Below, in pieces: positions 58,692 through 64,000 of a stretch of 64,000 bases of DNA. Position 1 is the first letter of the stretch; the number at the start of each line of letters is the position of its first letter. This stretch comes from a virus (lineage: Duplodnaviria > Heunggongvirae > Uroviricota > Caudoviricetes): IMG/VR virus record IMGVR_UViG_2872147552_000001. One strand, 5' to 3'. Made by a program: the position numbers and the translations under genes. Below the pieces are notes generated by a model. The model was not told the origin of the DNA. It searched no databases and saw only the letters and a list, made by a program, of their open reading frames with translations.

Positions 58692-58863
58692 AGCGTTTTG
58701 CCCTCAATACTGTTCATTTATACAGTATACATGAAAGAAGCTCACTCAGTGCAACTGATCGGTACATAGCACCAGACAAAGGAACGTTATTTTCTCGAAC
58801 AAGAAAAGGTAGAAAACAAATTGTTTAAGGCCACAACTAGTGGCCTTAATGGAGAAGGGATGC

Positions 58864-59388
58864 TTATTGGCTATGGCTAAAAATCAAATGAGACACTTCA
58901 TTTGGTTGTAGCTCGTCAAGATCCGGGGCCACAAAACCTTTTCCAAAAGACTTCACAAGTGATTCACCAGCCGCATCATTGTCACCTATTACGCGAAAGT
59001 CATACGGCAGCATTGCCAGTTGACGACGTAATCCTGCTGAGAAAGTCGAACCTAACAGCGCCCACGAATTTCCGCCCGCGTTGTGCACTGCTGCACTTTT
59101 AAAAATCGACTCAGTTATCCATATCGGTCCATCTTTTAAAGGAAGATAGGTTCCCCATAGTAGCTGTCTGCCGTTCGCTCGTGTGAAATACCGGGCCATC
59201 TTCGGATTGCTATGCTGCTTAGGAGCGCCTGGTCTGTATGTCTGATACCCGGCCAACATCCCATCAAACCTGTATAGAGGGAACGTAACAACTCCTTCGC
59301 TTTCATCGATCCACTGTCTATATGGATGCACATCATGGCGGTAGTTACGAGTTAGCAAATGAGCTTCCAGCTTTCCATATTTGGTCAT
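58864..59388 (-). CDS. small TOPRIM-like domain protein
   Basis: DFRVIGDNDAAGE (DxD-type TOPRIM motif); start at internal Met after upstream stop (track to 59427). Confidence 0.45.
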   Translation of the reverse strand: MTKYGKLEAHLLTRNYRHDVHPYRQWIDESEGVVTFPLYRFDGMLAGYQTYRPGAPKQHSNPKMARYFTRANGRQLLWGTYLPLKDGPIWITESIFKSAAVHNAGGNSWALLGSTFSAGLRRQLAMLPYDFRVIGDNDAAGESLVKSFGKGFVAPDLDELQPNEVSHLIFSHSQ

Positions 59389-59401
59389 AACTTCGCATCC
59401 C

Positions 59402-60217
59402 TCATAACACTTCCCATTTATCACCATATTTCTCCATAGCTCTTAGCCAGTAAACATGGCCACTAGGCATAGTGATGTGAGGCTCGCCAAACTCTTCTCC
59501 ATGCACATCAAAGATGTCCCCAACAGAGAATTGGGGGATTTCTACGCCGTTTTCACCTATATGCGTAATTCGTATACGTTTCGGTTGAGATTCTCCCCCT
59601 TTGAGCGAGTTGTTCACTGCTCTGGCAATCTTCTCCCGCAATTGCTGCGTTCCGTGGTACTGAACCGCAATATCCCTCAACTCATTCACCAGTTCTCGAA
59701 TCTGGTGATCTTTAAGCTCATTATTTGAGTGATGGGTAACAACTCTGGTTAATTCACCCTTGTCTTTTGCTCTTACGTATGCAGCTCTTGTGCATTCGAC
59801 CCATGTATTACCGCCTACATTAACTTCGTAGATTAGGCTGGACTTATCTGTCAATTCGGAACAAATACGGGCCGTGGTCTGGCAACTAGAGCATTCGCAG
59901 TTATCGCGGAAACCGTGATCTACCGGTCGAGAAAGAGGTTTAACTTTTTCATCCAACTTCATCACAGCATCGTGATAAGCGTTCCAGCCGTCATCTTTAC
60001 CAAGTTGATAAATCTCTGAAGGCTCCATGTAGTCTATATCGCAACCTTCTTCATCCGATCTATCTGGTCGCTTCCCTGGTAATCGCTCATAAAAACGATT
60101 TCTGTCTCGACGTTCGGCTCTCAGTGCTAACGCAAGAAGTTGCTCAAGCGAGGTATTTGCACCAGCAATAATTTCATTGAGAATATCTTCTGTGAGATCT
60201 TTCGCTACCGTGCTCAT
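59402..60217 (-). CDS. hypothetical protein
   Basis: 271-aa ORF in coupled minus-strand operon; Cys cluster CECSSC. Confidence 0.5.
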   Translation of the reverse strand: MSTVAKDLTEDILNEIIAGANTSLEQLLALALRAERRDRNRFYERLPGKRPDRSDEEGCDIDYMEPSEIYQLGKDDGWNAYHDAVMKLDEKVKPLSRPVDHGFRDNCECSSCQTTARICSELTDKSSLIYEVNVGGNTWVECTRAAYVRAKDKGELTRVVTHHSNNELKDHQIRELVNELRDIAVQYHGTQQLREKIARAVNNSLKGGESQPKRIRITHIGENGVEIPQFSVGDIFDVHGEEFGEPHITMPSGHVYWLRAMEKYGDKWEVL

Positions 60218-60597
60218 TTATCTCTCTCAGTATGTTGCGATGGCGTAAATTTGACGACATCAAATATTTTGGATGGCATCAACTTTATCCGCGAGCTTAG
60301 TTCGGCTCTTCTCTGTAATGCGGTTAATAATGTTTTCGTTCTGACGCCTTCGTGTATCCTCATCCCTGGCACAAGAACTACATCGCAGGGGAGATGCTCA
60401 GGTGACAAATCATTTTGGGCATCGCTAATCAGTCGTGTAATCTCTCTTTCAAGCCGACCGCCTAGCTCTGTTTTAGTGCAATGTTCTGACCAATCACCAG
60501 CCTCAAGCAGCGCGAGAATGCTTAAAATATCGTCCAATAGATCAGTGGTATTATCGACTTCCTTCTGAAGCTCACCGGCTACTGATTTATGCATCAT
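60214..60597 (-). CDS. hypothetical protein
   Basis: 127-aa ORF, ATGA-type overlap with neighbours. Confidence 0.45.
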   Translation of the reverse strand: MMHKSVAGELQKEVDNTTDLLDDILSILALLEAGDWSEHCTKTELGGRLEREITRLISDAQNDLSPEHLPCDVVLVPGMRIHEGVRTKTLLTALQRRAELSSRIKLMPSKIFDVVKFTPSQHTERDK

Positions 60598-61247
60598 TCG
60601 TCATCCTCATCCGAGTCATCCTCATCACAGGATGAGAGTAGTGGGTTAGTCATTCGCCCTACTTGAGTGGCGTAGCCACGCCGACAGAGATTGCGCAGCA
60701 CACTGTATATTTCGAACATCTCGGTTCGTTCATCGCCAACATCAAGCTCAGATGCTATAGCGTGGCATTCAGTCGCGAGAGCCGATATTTTCTGAAATAA
60801 CTCTGCATTATTCACTGTTCGACTCCTGCGGCGTTCTGGTAGTGACATCCAGTGTGTGACATTGCTAATCAGACCATATTCATTAGTTTGAGGATGGTTG
60901 CCGTTAGCGTCTCCGTATTTAAGACTCTCCATAAAGCCATAATGCCTATCACCATTAACGCTCACAAAGCCGTAATAAGCAGGTATAACGCCGATCTCAC
61001 ACGTAACCAGTAAAGGAAAACTAGTTCTCCAATTTAGCTCGCCAATTACAGGCATTCGCTCACTACAGCTTATCCAACCATCCTTAGATGCGGCTGTATT
61101 GGCATAGGCCTTACGGTGCTTCTGTAACTCTGCTGCAATCGCTCTCACGACTTCAACTGGTGCCCTTGCAGCAAACTCAATGTTGGTGATCAGCTCATTA
61201 AGATATTTCTCGCTTGGGTAGCATTTCTTATTGTTAACGGTGGTCAT
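60594..61247 (-). CDS. hypothetical protein with poly-acidic C-terminus
   Basis: 217 aa ending SSCDEDDSDEDDE. Confidence 0.5.
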   Translation of the reverse strand: MTTVNNKKCYPSEKYLNELITNIEFAARAPVEVVRAIAAELQKHRKAYANTAASKDGWISCSERMPVIGELNWRTSFPLLVTCEIGVIPAYYGFVSVNGDRHYGFMESLKYGDANGNHPQTNEYGLISNVTHWMSLPERRRSRTVNNAELFQKISALATECHAIASELDVGDERTEMFEIYSVLRNLCRRGYATQVGRMTNPLLSSCDEDDSDEDDE

Positions 61248-61432
61248 TAGGCAGCTCTCTCAACAACAAGCAATTCGTCGTAGTCATAATCAGTTTCGGA
61301 ACCATCCGTACCGAACAGAGTCACTTTGTCATTTTCCATCCAAAAAGATTTAACCGCACATTGTTGACCTTTAGATGTTATGAGCACATCACCAGGGATT
61401 ACGTCTTCAGCGCGAACCTCTAGTGTTCTCAT
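61247..61432 (-). CDS. hypothetical small protein
   Basis: 61-aa ORF coupled in operon. Confidence 0.35.
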   Translation of the reverse strand: MRTLEVRAEDVIPGDVLITSKGQQCAVKSFWMENDKVTLFGTDGSETDYDYDELLVVERAA

Positions 61433-61851
61433 CGTGCTGCCCCCTCTTTGGTGAAAATGCCTGCTGCAATGCTGTTTATGATGCTGTCAGTGCATGGAGT
61501 AGAAAGCTGGGCATCTCCAGCAATTTTCATGACCTCAACATCCGCATATCGAATACCGAGGTGTATCAGACCGGCTATACCTGACTTAAGTCGAACATTT
61601 TCCATAAACAGATCCTTTTCCCGCTGTTTAACGGTCTCCAGCTCAACACGCAACTTCTCAATTTCGGCAGCCATGTAGTAACCAACCATAGCGAAAGTGG
61701 CGAAAGGGTAGTCCGAATCATCAGGAGATACGGAGGCCATTAGCAGACCATCGTGCATGTTCTGGCTTCCATCAGTGATAGATACCGCATAAGAATCGCT
61801 GGTTTCCCGCTTATACAATACGACGACCGGGTTCTTGATTTTCTCTCTCAT
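61429..61851 (-). CDS. hypothetical protein
   Basis: 140-aa ORF coupled in operon. Confidence 0.45.
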   Translation of the reverse strand: MREKIKNPVVVLYKRETSDSYAVSITDGSQNMHDGLLMASVSPDDSDYPFATFAMVGYYMAAEIEKLRVELETVKQREKDLFMENVRLKSGIAGLIHLGIRYADVEVMKIAGDAQLSTPCTDSIINSIAAGIFTKEGAAR

Positions 61852-62405
61852 TACGATGCCTCTAACTTGTCTAACTCTTTCAGCCCTTCACGTACCGCGT
61901 TCACAATGCGTTCCAGATACTGGTATTTCGGGTTTGGTACCGTTGGCCAGTCGGCATACCACGGATCATCACCAAAGAGATTCAGTAGTTTGTTACCGAC
62001 GCCGAAACAGCAGCAGCTTTCTTTTACGTCATCGGCGTTTTCCGCCTCGTCCCACATTTCGCGAGCCAGTACGGCGTCTATTTCTCTCTCTCTTCGTAAC
62101 TTTATGATTTCTGACTTCACGAAAAGCAGATTTGCATCGTTGTCATCGTCGACCGTGCTTCGCAGTTGAGGGTCGAAATAGCCGATTAGATACTCGTTGC
62201 TGACCCGCTTAATGAACGTCTGCACATCATCACCGCCCATAGCAAACCAAGCCGCAGTCCACGCTTTTCCGTAGCAGGTGATGGTGATTCTTCCCTTACC
62301 AGGTTCGTAGTTTTCAATCATCACTCGAACCGGATCGAGGCGTTCCAGATCCGTCAGCACAAAGGAAAGAACATCTATTTTTTCGATCTTCATGCAGCCT
62401 CCCAC
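61851..62405 (-). CDS. hypothetical protein
   Basis: 184-aa ORF coupled in operon. Confidence 0.45.
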   Translation of the reverse strand: MGGCMKIEKIDVLSFVLTDLERLDPVRVMIENYEPGKGRITITCYGKAWTAAWFAMGGDDVQTFIKRVSNEYLIGYFDPQLRSTVDDDNDANLLFVKSEIIKLRREREIDAVLAREMWDEAENADDVKESCCCFGVGNKLLNLFGDDPWYADWPTVPNPKYQYLERIVNAVREGLKELDKLEAS

Positions 62406-63031
62406 GCGCTCCAGATCAGCGATTTGTGTTTTTCATAACGTTTGATGTGTACCGGTTTCAGAAGCGCAATACCTTCAGTGACTTTCGCCATTGCGCTTAA
62501 TAACAACGGGTGTTCTATACCTATCCTCTCCATGTACTCGACAACATCAGCGTTGGCACCAATCTCCTTCCCGTTAAAAAGTACGTCCAGCATCAGCTCT
62601 TTCTCTGCAAGGTAGATAGCTGAAAACTCAGGATCGCGACTCACGATAGAAGAGGTATTGTCGAGCAGGTCAGCCAGCTTGATCATGCGCGTCTGCATGT
62701 CGAGATTTTGCTCCAGCTCCCGGACATTGATGATGAAACGCTGTATTCGATTGCCGTCTTCTGGCCTTGCAATGTTGGTCAGAGCCTGAACCATTTCAGC
62801 TACGCGCTCACCGAAGTGATCACGAACCATCTCTATGGTTACATGGGTGTCTTCGACCACATCATGCAGAAGCGCCGCGATTTGCATCTCCACGGTTCCG
62901 TCATGCAATGCAACAATCTCTCGGACAGCAACCGGGTGGTTGATGTAGTCTTCGCCGGTATATTTTCTTTTCTGACCAACGCCACCATGAGCGCCAGCGG
63001 CGAACATATGAGCTTCGGAAATACTAGACAT
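62390..63031 (-). CDS. HD-domain phosphohydrolase
   Basis: H...HD signature (IAALLHDVVEDT) and downstream His/Asp; 213 aa. Confidence 0.65.
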   Translation of the reverse strand: MSSISEAHMFAAGAHGGVGQKRKYTGEDYINHPVAVREIVALHDGTVEMQIAALLHDVVEDTHVTIEMVRDHFGERVAEMVQALTNIARPEDGNRIQRFIINVRELEQNLDMQTRMIKLADLLDNTSSIVSRDPEFSAIYLAEKELMLDVLFNGKEIGANADVVEYMERIGIEHPLLLSAMAKVTEGIALLKPVHIKRYEKHKSLIWSAWEAA

Positions 63032-63150
63032 TCTTAACTCCGTTGTTTTCTAGTTGTGGTTATTTTCACAAATAAGAAAAGGTAGAAAACAATTTATTTA
63101 AGGCCACAACTTATGGCCTTTATTTATTCATGCCGAAGGATTTGTAGCGT

Positions 63151-63531
63151 CTAATTGCCGGATAAAATGGGGTGAGGTGCTTGCCAGTAGGCTCCACCGG
63201 TCCATGTGAACCCCATGCGAATAAGAGTGTTTATTGCGGCTTTGGTAGACTCCGATTCGACACTGGCTTTTCGAAACTCTTGAACCTCTTTCGCCAACTT
63301 GTATGTAATTGTGCAGGGGACGATTGCAGCCCAGCCTTTCTCATGACTGTTAATGACCATCTGGATGTGACCATCCAGAATAGGTTGATTAGGCATGTTA
63401 TTGAAAATGTCTGCCTGTTTTTGAATGTGAAGAAAAAGCCTTGCCAGCTCCATTTGCTCACTACGAGACAAGGGATTATCAAGAGGGCTTTTTGCAAAAG
63501 CGGCTATACGCTGTGCGTCAATGCCAAACAT
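63151..63531 (-). CDS. hypothetical protein
   Basis: 126-aa ORF; operator + hairpin at 63060-63120 downstream. Confidence 0.45.
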   Translation of the reverse strand: MFGIDAQRIAAFAKSPLDNPLSRSEQMELARLFLHIQKQADIFNNMPNQPILDGHIQMVINSHEKGWAAIVPCTITYKLAKEVQEFRKASVESESTKAAINTLIRMGFTWTGGAYWQAPHPILSGN

Positions 63532-63998
63532 CAGCGCACCTCACCATCTTTATGGCTGGAGTTAACTTCCGCCATTAAATGTCTGACGTAATCGACAAGA
63601 GAGCCGCCTGGTGGAATCTGGCATTCCTCAACTAACTGGAAGTAGATATCCGCTGCATTACGTGTATTGCTACCCGCGCATATTCTTTCTTCCCGAAGTG
63701 CATGAAGCTCGTTGATCAAACGGTCACACTCTCCGTTACGCTGATCCACAACGGCCTCAAGCTCTGCGACGCGTTCACCTGGCGTCTTACCTTCTTTGCG
63801 TTGGATGGTAACGACGAAATCGCCAATTGCAGGGACGTTGTAATCCAGCTCAAGGTAGTTTTTGGCACCGCTGCGGACGAACTCACCCGCGAACATGGTG
63901 GCGAACATCGCAGAGGCCACTTCGCCGTTGAAAAGTGACTCCAGATCTAACGGAGTCCCGGCATCAAGAGCCTCTTTTGCTGTATCCATTGCATCCAT
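63531..63998 (-). CDS. hypothetical protein (start close to window edge)
   Basis: 155-aa ORF, ATGA-type overlap with downstream gene. Confidence 0.45.
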   Translation of the reverse strand: MDAMDTAKEALDAGTPLDLESLFNGEVASAMFATMFAGEFVRSGAKNYLELDYNVPAIGDFVVTIQRKEGKTPGERVAELEAVVDQRNGECDRLINELHALREERICAGSNTRNAADIYFQLVEECQIPPGGSLVDYVRHLMAEVNSSHKDGEVR

Positions 63999-64000
63999 GA

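Noticed and set aside
1-64000. CRISPR array
   Set aside because: The repeated motifs are palindromic operators, hairpins and iterons with irregular spacing; no array of identical direct repeats with unique spacers was seen
1-64000. tRNA or rRNA genes
   Set aside because: No cloverleaf-compatible segments (conserved T-arm GTTCRANYC-type motifs) or rRNA-like stretches noticed by eye; a tRNA scan would be needed to be certain
1-64000. Integrase, attL/attR or transposase defining the element boundaries
   Set aside because: No tyrosine or serine recombinase or transposase motifs in any long ORF, and no direct repeats flanking the element; boundaries presumably lie outside the window or the element is extrachromosomal

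Overview
The window reads as one large temperate siphovirus-type element in an Escherichia-like enterobacterium, most likely a phage-plasmid, with the host genes metG and apbC/mrp embedded in it. All calls rest on reading the ORF-track translations for motifs; no database search was run. Starts were refined by residue offset from the track, which allows alternative start codons and often over-extends N-termini, so treat coordinates as +/-3 nt.

Layout, left to right:
- 1-7.1 kb: T7-like replication module (ATP-dependent DNA ligase, Zn-finger/TOPRIM primase, DnaB-family helicase).
- 7.5-10.4 kb: plasmid-type maintenance (lipoprotein, ParA + small ParG-like partner, AtaR/AtaT-like GNAT toxin-antitoxin).
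- 10.4-40.2 kb: one long minus-strand late operon: terminase small/large, portal, scaffold, major capsid, Ig-like decoration protein, connectors, major tail protein, G/T chaperone, tape measure, M/L/K/I/J-like tail tip proteins, a 1685-aa side tail fibre, a Gly-rich fibre protein, then holin/endolysin/spanins.
- 40.3-45.4 kb: unusual cluster of two ParB/Srx-like proteins, a compact ABC ATPase, a GNAT-fold fusion and a small wHTH, divergent from an SF2 helicase.
- 45.4-48.5 kb: envelope proteins and an AT-rich three-gene moron cassette.
- 48.5-54.9 kb and 58.3-64 kb: small, mostly acidic genes of unknown function, each with its own operator/promoter and hairpin terminator, plus repeat-rich non-coding DNA.
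- 54.97-58.26 kb: metG and apbC/mrp with their own terminators, flanked on both sides by the same element-specific operator family.

Best candidates for an undescribed system: (i) the ParB-ParB-ABC ATPase-GNAT-wHTH cluster together with two genome-wide palindromic operator families, TAAGTA-NN-TACTTA and GAAAACAAATTGTTTTC, which may form a KorB/SopB-like global regulon; (ii) the AT-rich moron cassette; (iii) the array of small acidic proteins around metG. No integrase, att site, tRNA, rRNA or CRISPR array was found, so element boundaries are not in the window.
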